Shown: in pieces, positions 10,416 through 21,636 of the stretch
Layout: the number at the start of each line of letters is the position of its first letter
Position numbering within the stretch: the stretch's first letter is position 1
Assembly (NCBI GenBank): GCA_024346625.1
Contig: AP024665.1
Coordinates: 868,001 to 932,000, forward strand
Direction of reading: 5' to 3'
Length of the DNA: 64,000 nucleotides
DNA from: Williopsis jadinii
Taxonomy: Eukaryota
Translations under genes and position numbers: made by a program
Notes under the pieces: generated by a model
Told to the model about the DNA's origin: nothing
What the model saw: the letters and a program-made list of their open reading frames with translations, nothing else
Databases searched by the model: none

Positions 10416-13400
10416 ATGTCCACCGCTGCACAGCCTGTGAAGCGAGCCACGCTAAAGCAGGAGCTGAAGTTGTCGAAGAGACTGCTGATGATCTGGGTGG
10501 TAGCTGGGCTCGTTGCGCTCATGTCCATTCTACTGGTGTCGTCCCAGAAGCGCACAGGTGCTGACTCGGCAGAGTGTAGATCTGTCTACATGTATCCGTC
10601 CTATGCTAGATTGAAGGCATTTGACACATCGCACACGAAGTTTGCTTCGAAGTACAACCTGTTCTTGTATAGAGAACAAGGTAAGGATAAGATACCGGAC
10701 GAGGACTATAAGGAGAATCTGCTAGATGGCATCCCGGTACTGTTCATCCCAGGAAATGCGGGCTCTTTCAAGCAGGTGAGATCAATAGCATCTCAAGTGT
10801 CGAACGTCTACCATGACAATCTGGACAACGAGTACTACAAGAATAAGAACTTTGATGTGTTTGCAGCGCACTTCAATGAAGACTTCACTGCCTTCCATGG
10901 ACGCACAATGTTGGATCAGGCGGAATATCTGAACGATGCAATTGCATTCATACTATCGCTCTACGATACACCTTCCTCGGGTCAGAATCGACCAAAGTCT
11001 GTAATAATCATTGGCCATTCAATGGGAGGTATCGTTGCCAGAGTCATGCTCACATTGCCAAACTATGTTGAGGATTCTGTTAACACGATCATCACATTGG
11101 CAGCACCTCATGCGGCAGCACCAGCAACCTTTGACGCTGATATCGTCACAATATACGCAACAGTGGACGAGTTTTGGAGGTCTGGATTCTCGAACTCCTC
11201 AGATTCAGAGTCCATAAGCCACGAGAGATTGAGAAATGTGTCGTTGGTCTCCATCACCGGTGGATTGTTGGATACGATCCTACCTGCAGATTATACAACC
11301 TTGAAAGGATTAGTTCCGCCAGAACATGGGTTCACTGTTTATACGACAGGAATCCCTCAAGTATGGACACCTATTGATCACTTAGCAATTGTTTGGTGTC
11401 ATCAATTGAGAATTGTCCTTGCTAATACTCTTTTCGCTGTGGTGGATCCTTCCAGCCCTTCAAGAACAAAACCATTGGAACAGAGAATGGAGGCATTCCA
11501 CGAAATACTGCAATCTGGATTTGAGAAGGAGGTATACCCTCCATTGTCGAGTAGTAAACCATTACAGGTTTTGCTGGACAGAGATCATGTGACATTTGAG
11601 TCTTCGTCATTGAATTTGACTTCTGATTCAAAGGTACATTTGATCCCGATACATGAGACTAAGGATACGGGGATCAACATGGTCTCATCCTTTCCTCTCC
11701 TCAAGTATGACGGAGTTGAGAAATCTCCCTTTCTTCTACTGTGTAACAAATCAACTACTTCAGATGACAGCTTGAGTTTTGATTCTATTCCGGTTACTGA
11801 TAAGCTAGATCTGACTTGTATTGATATTTCTTCATTCTCCCATGCTCTTCCAAACACAATGAATCCAGAGAGTAAACTCTCGGATTCTACTTATGGAGGT
11901 GACTTGAATCCACTCTATGGTATGGCGTTGAATATAAGCACTCTGCAGTTCCAATACGCGGTCTACAAATCACCTGAAGCACAACCAGATAGCTTTATCG
12001 ACTTTCAGATTGGTGAAACAGTCAATGTCGTTGTCAACAAGTCATTGCTTCAATTACTGTTTGGCACAACTGTTTCCCTTACAAATATCTCGACAAACAT
12101 GGTTACAAATATTGAATACAAGAACGTTTGGGACAGCTTGTTGAGCTACAGAGTACAAGTTGATACTCACTCATCAAATCCAAACTTTCACCCCATAATG
12201 AGACAACATATTGATGAGCCGATGGAATCTAAATGGCATATTCACCTCGACAAGCCTCACAGCATATCGTTCCATGGTGTTGCTCCATATACTCCTTTTG
12301 AACGTGGCAGAGCTATCTTGAACTTACAGTTGTGGTTCCCACCAGATACTACTGATCTTACTGTGTCTCTAAGGATTGATCTTTGGAACAGTTTGGGCCT
12401 TCTGGTTCTTCGCTACAGGTTGGCTATTGCATCTCTTCCATCTGTTGTCATTCTTCTATCGATGATATACCAGTTTTCAGCTTACTTCAACAGCGGGATT
12501 TTCCCACCATTCGAAGAAGGGTTGGTTGCACTTTCGAAATATTCAATGTGGATATTCCTTGTACTATCAATTTTGACGCCGTTGACGTCTTTACCACTTT
12601 TTAATGCCTTTCTGTATTATCTGGGGCCAGTGTCATTAACACCTCCATCTGTCTCCAACTCTCTTTCCTTGAACCAATTTTTCCTTGGTCTTGAAGATAA
12701 CCATATTTGGACACTAGGACCGCTACTTTTTTCAATTGCTCTTGCTCTGGTTTATATTGTCCTCCGGGTCATTCAGCTCATTCTTCTGCTCTCTCGAAAT
12801 ATTGGCTGTTTATCCAAGGTGATGTCATGTGTTTGGATTGGAAAGCTCAAACAGGTTGTTCACATCTCATCATTCAAACAGAAGAGACGATTCTTTGGAT
12901 CCATTGCTTTGGTGATATTCGTGACCATTTTTATCCCATACCAATTTGCGTACTTGGTTTGTTGTATAGTACAAGCGGTCACCACAATCAAATGGAATGC
13001 TGAAGTTAACCAAAAGGAGAAAGTCGATATAAGCAAAGTGAGTCTGTTAAATTTCAACGTCTCCATCTTGATGTTGATGTTGTGGGTGCTTCCCGTTAAC
13101 ATCCCTGTTCTTGTCGTGTTCCTCCACAACATGGCTGTCAGATGGCACACTCCTTTCACTTCCCATCATAACATATTGATGATCCTGCCTGTCATTTTAT
13201 TGGTTGGAAGGAACGTGCAAGGGATTATGCTGCCTTCCACACAAGGATGGGCTCAGAAAAAGTTTACCATTTTGATACTTGTTTATTCAGCTTTCTTCGT
13301 GCTCATCTATGGCATCAGACATCTCTATTGGTTACATTATCTTTTGAATTGTGTGTTCGTCTGGTTATTCGTGCCTACCCTCCCATCTTTCAGTAAACCA

Positions 13401-13421
13401 TCACAAGACGTTGATAGTTGA
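10416..13421 (+). CDS. BST1: GPI inositol-deacylase Bst1 (PGAP1)
   Basis: CRSVYMYPSY, PVLFIPGNAGSFKQVRSIA, lipase motif GHSMGG, multi-TM C-terminus. Adjacent to STE2 as in S. cerevisiae. Confidence 0.95.
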   Translation: MSTAAQPVKRATLKQELKLSKRLLMIWVVAGLVALMSILLVSSQKRTGADSAECRSVYMYPSYARLKAFDTSHTKFASKYNLFLYREQGKDKIPDEDYKENLLDGIPVLFIPGNAGSFKQVRSIASQVSNVYHDNLDNEYYKNKNFDVFAAHFNEDFTAFHGRTMLDQAEYLNDAIAFILSLYDTPSSGQNRPKSVIIIGHSMGGIVARVMLTLPNYVEDSVNTIITLAAPHAAAPATFDADIVTIYATVDEFWRSGFSNSSDSESISHERLRNVSLVSITGGLLDTILPADYTTLKGLVPPEHGFTVYTTGIPQVWTPIDHLAIVWCHQLRIVLANTLFAVVDPSSPSRTKPLEQRMEAFHEILQSGFEKEVYPPLSSSKPLQVLLDRDHVTFESSSLNLTSDSKVHLIPIHETKDTGINMVSSFPLLKYDGVEKSPFLLLCNKSTTSDDSLSFDSIPVTDKLDLTCIDISSFSHALPNTMNPESKLSDSTYGGDLNPLYGMALNISTLQFQYAVYKSPEAQPDSFIDFQIGETVNVVVNKSLLQLLFGTTVSLTNISTNMVTNIEYKNVWDSLLSYRVQVDTHSSNPNFHPIMRQHIDEPMESKWHIHLDKPHSISFHGVAPYTPFERGRAILNLQLWFPPDTTDLTVSLRIDLWNSLGLLVLRYRLAIASLPSVVILLSMIYQFSAYFNSGIFPPFEEGLVALSKYSMWIFLVLSILTPLTSLPLFNAFLYYLGPVSLTPPSVSNSLSLNQFFLGLEDNHIWTLGPLLFSIALALVYIVLRVIQLILLLSRNIGCLSKVMSCVWIGKLKQVVHISSFKQKRRFFGSIALVIFVTIFIPYQFAYLVCCIVQAVTTIKWNAEVNQKEKVDISKVSLLNFNVSILMLMLWVLPVNIPVLVVFLHNMAVRWHTPFTSHHNILMILPVILLVGRNVQGIMLPSTQGWAQKKFTILILVYSAFFVLIYGIRHLYWLHYLLNCVFVWLFVPTLPSFSKPSQDVDS

Positions 13422-13518
13422 AGACCTGAGGGAGATGGTGTGACCTTGTAAATATAAAAGAAAGAGCAAATATTTTTTTTTTTTGAAAAACCATTAAAAA
13501 AGATCAAGCTATGGGGAA

Positions 13519-14679
13519 TCATTTGTTGATTCTGTGAACTGTTTTTGAAACGAAGTCAGGCTCCCCTTGGAACTGTTCATCGTCATATTCACCAGCAGTA
13601 GCAGCAGACATCCAATATCTTTTGGCCTCTTCCTCAGCCAATGTTGATGGGGTATATAGTGACTTCTCAACATACTGTGTATGCTGACTTCTCGACATTG
13701 CATCAACCTTTGTAGATGCTGTACCAGGATCTGAATAACAACCCGGTGTCTTTCCATAAAGTGAAGAAAAGTTGTAACCAGAGGAAGGTGTTGATGAACT
13801 TGTTGTGCTTGTAGCCCATAGTGATGATAACGGAAGTGAGAGCACAACTATCAAAGTTGCAACTGACGTGAATGAAATCCTGTAAAGCGAATTCACCGCA
13901 TATGATACAATCATTAGTGCAGAAGGAACCAGTAACGTTTGAGTTGACATGATGAGCAAAATATGGAAACCATCAAATTGTTTCAACCCCAAGTATCTTC
14001 TTGAGCGAATAGCAAGCACCAACTTGTACATGAGCAGAACGCTCATAAAATTTATGGAAGCTGCAAAAAGGATTGGTTGTACGTCCAAAGCCCTTGATTG
14101 ATAACTGGTAAATTCAAATACACCAATGACAGTGTTGATGGTGACGTAAAGCGTAAGTACCACAACGGAGAGGCCTATTAGAACCGAGAGAGCAAAGATG
14201 GCATTTCCAAACCACTTCATTTCTGGTGTTTGGAAGAGTGTGCGTACTTGGAAAACCATTGAAGCCTCTATAGATGTGATTAAAAAAGCCTGGAACAAAT
14301 TGGTCGCAGATGAGATGTTTATATCATTTCTCGTGATAATATCGGTGAATTGTGTAAACTGAAACCCAATTGAAGCATAATTTCCATACAGATAAGCAAT
14401 GTAGATACAAGAGTGGATAATCACAAGCAAAAGACACAGCTGGTTGAGGATGAAAATAGGAGAGGTTTTCTTCTTTGACAGGATGAACAAAATGATTGAA
14501 GCAAATGTGGCAGCTCCAATTCTCACGCCAAAGATGATCGTGTTGCTAATATTTGTGTGCATAGCACTATCCAGTTCAGCGAATGTAAGGTATGTTGGTC
14601 CATAAGCAGATGTGTAATTGAGTATCTGAGTGAGTGGGTCGAAATCCTCCGGAAGAGTTGAAATATTAAAGAATTCCAT
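13519..14679 (-). CDS. STE2: Alpha-factor pheromone receptor Ste2 (7-TM GPCR)
   Basis: IIFGVRIGA, PIFILNQ, LAIRSRRYLGLKQFDGFHILLIM and LSLPLSSLWA motifs. The likely start is the ATG at 14679 (MEFFN...); the ORF-track upstream extension spans the TATA region. Confidence 0.95.
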   Translation of the reverse strand: MEFFNISTLPEDFDPLTQILNYTSAYGPTYLTFAELDSAMHTNISNTIIFGVRIGAATFASIILFILSKKKTSPIFILNQLCLLLVIIHSCIYIAYLYGNYASIGFQFTQFTDIITRNDINISSATNLFQAFLITSIEASMVFQVRTLFQTPEMKWFGNAIFALSVLIGLSVVVLTLYVTINTVIGVFEFTSYQSRALDVQPILFAASINFMSVLLMYKLVLAIRSRRYLGLKQFDGFHILLIMSTQTLLVPSALMIVSYAVNSLYRISFTSVATLIVVLSLPLSSLWATSTTSSSTPSSGYNFSSLYGKTPGCYSDPGTASTKVDAMSRSQHTQYVEKSLYTPSTLAEEEAKRYWMSAATAGEYDDEQFQGEPDFVSKTVHRINK

Positions 14680-14754
14680 ATTTGTTAGTCTTGTTGATCC
14701 AGTTTGGGGGATCGGTAACCACAGCTGCAGCTTTAATAAGTAGACATTCGTACT

Positions 14755-14978
14755 CCTTATATATGTTTCATCAGTGCATTCAAAGGGAACTTCATGAATC
14801 GCATCTCTTTTCGGCCTTGTTTTGGTTGAACATAATGTGTTTGAAGTTCTATGACAGTATTTCCCCTTCGGGACATGATAATGGATCATCAGACGCATAA
14901 AATTAGAGACATCTATTAGCCCCAAAACAAATAATAGGACCCCAGTTAGAAATGCATTACCATAAAATATCGACAGTG
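14755..14978 (-). promoter_or_regulatory. STE2 upstream region: TATA, Ste12 pheromone-response element, possible Mcm1/a2-type site
   Basis: TATATAA on the minus strand at about 14757-14763, TGAAACA (minus) at 14764-14770, TTACCATAAAATATCGACAGTG at 14957-14978. Confidence 0.45.
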
Positions 14979-17683
14979 TTTCTGTATCTAAAGAAAAGAT
15001 GAATGTTTTTCTATGCTTATATACTCTGTTGTGACGACAAAGAACGCTGGAGGGGATGCGAGCTGTGTCTAAAGTTCACCAGGCAGAGAAGACTGAGTAC
15101 ATTCATTTTTCTCAGATGAAGTAATATTTTGGAAAGTCAAGCCTCTGAGTCAAGAAACCAATGCTGAAGAATCTAAACCATATTGGTGTGATTGAATATA
15201 TAAAATTTTCTACTAGTGAACCTCTATTTGGAAACTCAATTTGATTAAAAGTGACAAAATGGTAGCTCAGCGAAACAATACATAAGCGATGAGTTGCATT
15301 AATTATGTAATTCAGCACTTTTGTTAATTAATAGAACAATCGTGTTTTCAATACATATCATGTTTTTATAATTCAGGTATAGCTTTAAAGAATTAATGGC
15401 TTCTAATGGAGATCTCTCAAATGAATGACAATCTTCTTATTATGATTTTTAATATTACAGTGTTCTTGTTGCATTTTATTGAGAAAACAATCATCAAAAA
15501 TCTGTTATACCGAATTATAGGCGAATTAATATAAATTTATTCACCTGTTCACCACCAGTGGCCTACACAAACGATCCAAGCAGTAGATATTATTGTGATG
15601 AGAAGGACTATATGTCTGATATATTACAATAAAAAGCCATAGATTGTAACTTCTATATATCACCTTTTTCTTTGAACGATCTGATGTTTGGATGTTTACT
15701 GACATTAAAGATCGTGCATGAATCGAAATGCTTTATGAATTGACATGGCTTTCCTTTCGAATTCACAGGGGTTGGAGTAACTAACTACATGAATGGTAAG
15801 TTGATTGAAAATGCTTGAGAAATACTGTCACTTTTCCTTATTTTCATCTTTTCCTCAATTCGCTTTGGCTTGATCCATCGTACGTGAAATATATCTACAG
15901 TCAGAGAACAACATCTGGCGATAGGACAAGCTCCTCGCATATGAGAATCACAACAGCGTACTTGCTTTAATTGAACAGGCAAAAACCGTTTAACTGGAAC
16001 AGTTGGAGCTGCATACGGTGTGGGTATGATATAAGTTTTCAAGGTAATGCTTTATTAGTTTCATGAGGTTGTTACATGATCGTCAATATCAGCATATACT
16101 TTGGGTGAAATGAACAAACAACGAGCCCATAAATAATACATAATTTTCCTTTGGAAGCGGACTGTGTATTAGCTTTTGAATTTCAAACCTCAGTATGAAC
16201 AGGCTATTGCTCAAGACCGGGATCTTAATAGGAAACCTTCACCTCTTAAACCCAGCAAACGGTCTTTGTTATTCGGAAAAAGGCGAATCTGACTGAGGAC
16301 ATTATTGGATTTTGTTATGCGTATCGACACCACCTGGGTTAATCCCGAATAATAGGAGGAAGGTAAGCGCAAAGACACAATAGAGCTGATAATCTTCGCT
16401 CAAATGGGTCGAGTTTACCTTTTTTTTTACCAGGGTCACTGACACTTGAATGTACCATAGTACAGTATGAAATATGGAAATCAGTGCATGTAAGAGGCTT
16501 TCAAATTTCACTATACAGCTGCTGATTATACTGGAGTGTGATTATAAGGATCCGAAGCTGCCACCAGATCTTTCCAGTACGTGGGAACCAAAATTAATGC
16601 CTTTCTAAACATGTTTTGTATCGTCCTAAGGCGTGCTGAGTTGTAACTCGTCCAAGTATACAGGAAGTAAACGACCCTCAACCATCGGTTAAGGACACAT
16701 CCCCGGGGTAATCAGAGGGCGTCTGCCCCTTATGAAAATTGTGTCTAACTGCCAGGTAAGAAATAATTTTTGGAGTTCTATGCAACGTCAAAGCAGATAT
16801 TGGAGAGCTTAAAGATGGAACCAGATTTAAATGCCGTTTCTGAACAATTATTATCTATCTGAGACTACTCAAGATCTGAGTACAAAGTGCGCTTGTGAGG
16901 GCGTACAGGTGATATAATGATTTGCCTTTTATCCCCCAAGGATCTTTATCGTGGAGCAAGCCCGGGGTTTCCTGTTAATATGCTTCTGCTATGACCTTGT
17001 TCCACGTACAGCCATAACGCGATAAGTTATCCAAGTTGTCCTTTCAAAATTACAAATTTGCCATCGCCTGACAAGGTTTAAGGGCCTGTTACGTTCTCCA
17101 TGCCGACTCCGGGAGTGTAGTCATCGACGAGTGTGAGCAATGTGCAACTGTGAACTAAAAATGAATCAAATGACCAATTCTGCAATCGAGCTATATTTGT
17201 GATTGGATATAGACTTCCGCGGCGATCGTCCGAGAATGCCACCGAGTGAGTCAAACACATCAAAACATGTAGCCACCGTCCCCCAACCGGGCTTTCTATC
17301 GCGCCAAATGATAGAAAGTGTCAGTGATGGCAAATTGGAAACATATTGACCCATGTGTTCTTTTTCTACCAATTTTACCAATTCCTAGTTGCATATCACT
17401 ACTTCAAACTACACCTGAGAGGTATTTTTCTCAATAAATAGTTCGTTATCTTAAAATTCATATTTCGTTAAAGGTCATTAAAATTTGAGTAGAAACCACC
17501 CCCACTCATCGTACAGGCCAAACCAGTGGCTCCGTTCAGCAAGGCCAAAACAGTGACAGTTGTTGTTCCGTGGGTTACCCTCTAAGGCTTGTGGTCATCA
17601 CTCTATTTTTATTTGTGTGTGTGCATTCTTTTTTCTTTCCGTAGGAATTAAAACCGATATCGTTATTGGTTAGAGTATCAGGT

Positions 17684-18355
17684 CTAAAATTGTCTGATAT
17701 CAACCATATCGGAAAAGCTCACACTTTTGCGGAATTTTCTTGTGTCATTGATGCTCTGATTGGAACGTCTTAGATCCTCCAAACCAAACGGACCATGTGA
17801 ATAGCGGTGTTTGAGGATTGGCTTGATGAATCCAGCTTCATTATCGTCGTCACCATCTAAGGATTCTTCATCACTCACATCGCTGTACAGAGGTAGACTG
17901 TCTACCGTACAGGTACTTGACATACTGCAAATACTTGTAGAACGTCTCACGTTAGTTAAATGAGTAGGCGATGATTCAAATCCAAAGCTTTCAGAGTTTC
18001 CATCGTTTCTCACGAGCGGACCGTACAACCAAGTAATATCGCATTCTTTGTTCCAGTCAACCATTGCTGGTGACACTTCCTCCAAGTTGTACTTCAACTG
18101 TGTCCACTTTCTCCAGCTCAAGTTCTCCAATCTTGCAATGTCGGTGCTATGTGGTATGAAGCACTTATTTATACTACCGCTGTGTACAACTTTCCAAGAG
18201 TTGTGTAGTTCAAGCTCGGTAAAGTCAAACTGGAAGTAATCGATGGCAGCAAAGTCTGAAATCATGCAGTTGCTCTGAGATGAATGCTTCACTGTATTTT
18301 TCAAGATAATGTTGTATTGGTCATCATAGGAGTACGGACGGCTTCGAGTGTACAT
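17684..18355 (-). CDS. Small Reg1-like DUF1752 protein (YKR075C/YOR062C-like), putative PP1 regulatory subunit
   Basis: RLENLSWRKW...VDWNKECDITWLYGPL DUF1752 motif, KPILK, RVxF-like KSVSF near the C-terminus. Divergent from RPL3, as YOR062C is from YOR063W. Confidence 0.85.
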   Translation of the reverse strand: MYTRSRPYSYDDQYNIILKNTVKHSSQSNCMISDFAAIDYFQFDFTELELHNSWKVVHSGSINKCFIPHSTDIARLENLSWRKWTQLKYNLEEVSPAMVDWNKECDITWLYGPLVRNDGNSESFGFESSPTHLTNVRRSTSICSMSSTCTVDSLPLYSDVSDEESLDGDDDNEAGFIKPILKHRYSHGPFGLEDLRRSNQSINDTRKFRKSVSFSDMVDIRQF

Positions 18356-18686
18356 TTTGTTCTGTTTCTTCTATGTGGTTACCGTACTTTTGTTGTTTGT
18401 TGGGCAGAAAATGAATATGAATAAACAGACAAGTGCAAGGTATTGGTTTATATATAGCAAAGCAATAAAAAAAGTAGAGTTGTTGGTGTTTTTCTTTTTC
18501 GAATTTTGTGTTTCAACTCTCAACCGTGTTTAGTGTTTTGTACGCCATCTCCTCTTTTTATAATATCCCAGCAAGTTGTGATCTCGGGTCCTAAACTAAA
18601 AGAAAATAAAAAAGAAACAATCTCCGCTGAACTTACGACGCTCTCCTCTTTTCCAGAAAGGTCATGAGTTTTCAGCTATCATGACT

Positions 18687-19103
18687 TTTTCCGGTGACGC
18701 ATCGTCCTGCAGTGTTGGCGGAGTTTTTATCCGTCCTTGAGTGCTCCAAGTTGGGGAGGGGAGGCCGCAGAGGTTGGCCGTTTTCCACCCTCTGAGCCTC
18801 CTCAATGTTCTGTGCGTTTCCCATCACATGGTGGGGTGCGAGGTTGAGTGGGGGTACCGATGGGTGAGATGGTGCCACGACTGTCACACTGGAATGCGAT
18901 AAAAGTAGGGCTAGCAAACACTGTCGTCTTATACCCAGGACAGCCTACCACACCATTAAGATGAATATCGCTTGAAGCAAACCTTCATGGTCCAAACCGC
19001 TGTTTTCGGAGTATTCTCTCAAAAACGTCACTCACCTCATATTATTTATTTGTCTCGAACTCATCAACGCTATGTGCCTTTTAGGTTTTAAATTCTCGGA
19101 AAA
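18687..19103. promoter_or_regulatory. Cluster of Rgt1-type (CGGANNA) and Mig1-type (SYGGGG) sites upstream of the YKR075C-like gene
   Basis: TTTTCCG at 18687, TTATCCG at 18727, CGGAGTA at 19007, CGGAAAA at 19097; GTGGGG at about 18831 and 18848. Confidence 0.5.
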
Positions 19104-21510
19104 TCTTTTCCAAGTTTTAAACTTAAAAAGTGCAGTTTGCATGCGCATATATATAGAATTTAGGTGTTATGTATGTAGACGACTTAAAATCTGGATTTAA
19201 GAACAACTAGTCTCTAGATTAGTAGTAGGTCACAATGATGGGTATCATTGGATACAAGTTGTTTTGCCTGTGGATTGGACCCTTCAAGTTGTATTGATCC
19301 ATATTATTACCATGGACGCTTTCGTGTCTACTCAATTACTCACTCTCTGATTGAAAGATTTCTTAACGCCCCGGAGTTAACAGCTGGATACAGGAAGGGT
19401 CAAGTTCGCTGTTAAACCCAGCTTCATAAAAAATGCATAGGGAAAAAAACACTCGTTCGGACCTTGTGATCCCAAAAACTTTTGTATGATTTCACGGGGC
19501 ACTAGCCGTTGTTCCTGTACAGGCGCAAGAAGCTTGAACGAGAAATCTCCAAGCGGGATGGAATTTGTATGGACAGCAAAAGTGCCCCGGGGTAGCACCA
19601 CTATTACGTCTCCCTACACTCAAACACTGTTAAGTTTCAAAATCCAACTGCGAAACTGTGGCACATTGATAACGAGGATAGAATAATTGAGCGGCATTTT
19701 GACAGTATCTTTAGTAAATTCTGTGACCAGAGGCGTAATGACAAAATGTGAGTCATTACTATAATGAACTGGCTATCTCTAAGGGAAAATGGGTGACGAC
19801 TTGTGTCTAGTGGCTGTTTCGTGGCGCATGGTAGGTAGCGTTGGTTTTATTTCAAGCTGTTTCAGGTTTCAACCCTCGTAACAGGAAAACATAAAGATGA
19901 GCAACCCTGTAAACCTAAACATCCGAGGCAACAACCTTGAACTTAAACCAGAGTATGGCTAAAACACCCTTCACTTTAGAGTTGGTTTGCCTCGTATCTC
20001 GATCTTGTCGATCACATGGCTTCATGTTTCCCCTTTTTATGCCTTTTCGGTCGTTTTGGCTTGTAAAGTTAGAGGCTATATACTGGATCTGGTGGGGCGC
20101 CGAACTCCCAATCAGCGGCGGAGTGCATATATTAGGCCTGGTCAAGAGTTCTTCATTTGAAAACCATTTTTGAGTTGTGCATCTACATATCCTTCCGTGT
20201 TATGTAGTGTATCATGTTTCATCACACAGAAATCTCGTATACACACCACCCACACATGTAGTTCAAGCAGAATAGGCAAGAAGTAGGCACTGATCGGCCT
20301 GTAATTACACGTAGGCCTTGAACCATCCCGTAAGAGTTAGCAGTGACAAATTTGTGCAGTGTGGGGGGATAGATAGCGGGTGCGTCCAATCTGACCATGT
20401 CGCACAGATGTGTCAAGCGATTTGAAGCAGACAAGATTCAATATTCGACACTTTGTGAGGGGTGTCTGAATTTGTTGAACTTGTTGTGTTTGTATCATAG
20501 GGTGTAGCATTTAGAGAACGGACGAAGCTGCCCCTAAATTGACAGAGATTACTATTCAAGTGCAAGATGGAAAACGTTCGTCATAGTTGCAACTGCGGCT
20601 AAAGCCACAATTCAAGGACACAAGCTGATGTTGACCTGATATGAGGGTTTCGAGAGTCTTTCCCGGAGAACTAGACAAAAATGGTGCTGCCTACACCAGG
20701 CGGAGGCTCATTACTCGATACTTCACAAACCAGACTTTGCCAATATCTTGAAATGCGCATGTTTGAGCCCCCGCAGAATAATGCTGTATAGGGGTCGAGG
20801 AAATTAAAACGACCATGTGTTTTACATATGCCTCCATCATACCATGGTGCTTCATTTGACCTCTCAAATCCAATCCCAGTGATGTCAGGACCTCTCTCCT
20901 GGTCTGACGCTGCTTCTATAAAACATATGTTCTCAACGAGCTGAATGCTTCTCTTAGAGGTGGGACAAACGCTTAATCTATACGGGCCAGTTCAATCCTT
21001 TGACATAATTCCTGAGAATGAATCACAGATTTCAGTCATCACCTTATCGTTGCGTTGAAGAAGAAGACTCTCGTTTGCAACAGCTCTGTGAGATGAACTA
21101 TCTCTGAGTCAGCTGTACAGGGAAAAGTCGTGAAAGCTGGCATCGACAAAAAGGATTTACGCACTATCGCAACGTCACACCAAACTACCCTTACAGACGT
21201 ACTGGCAGGCCAGTCGCAACTCAACATTCCAACTCAATTGATACTGGGAGAAACTTTTTTGGGCCAATTACTGCCATAACCATTTCAACGTTGTCATACA
21301 CTTAACAGCCTAAAGCTGCTGAATGCACACCGCCGTAGGTTACATACGATTGGAAAGGAATTGGAAACCTGTATAGTGTTCTATACAATTCAGCCCAGCA
21401 CGGCGAATGCAGCGAAATTCGCGGCGAAGATGCAAAAAAAACCTCAGCAGATTAATTATTACGGGCAACATCACACAACTTTTTACTGCTGGGTAAATAC
21501 CAGGCCAGAC

Positions 21511-21575
21511 TGAAAATTACGCTTAGAAAAATTTTTCACTCTTACCCACGCGCACTCAAAAAGAATTTTTTCACT
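21511..21575. promoter_or_regulatory. RRPE-like elements in the RPL3 promoter
   Basis: AAAAATTTTTCA at 21527-21538, AATTTTTTCA at 21564-21573, TGAAAATT at 21511. Confidence 0.6.
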
Positions 21576-21636
21576 AACTTTTCACCATCTTCTAAAACAC
21601 TTTTGTTGTTCCTCATCCAATACTAACACAACAGAC

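Noticed and set aside
14680..14925. 82-aa N-terminal extension of Ste2 in the ORF track
   Set aside because: It starts at a non-ATG codon and runs through the TATA and PRE region. Ste2 similarity begins at the ATG at 14679.
16741..16762. TCTAAC-TGCCAG-GTAAGA, resembling a back-to-back acceptor and donor
   Set aside because: No flanking exons or matching partner sites; probably chance.
19100..21300. Long ORF-poor region between the YKR075C-like gene and RPL3
   Set aside because: No tRNA boxes, LTR ends or spliced gene model found. It is consistent with long divergent promoters.
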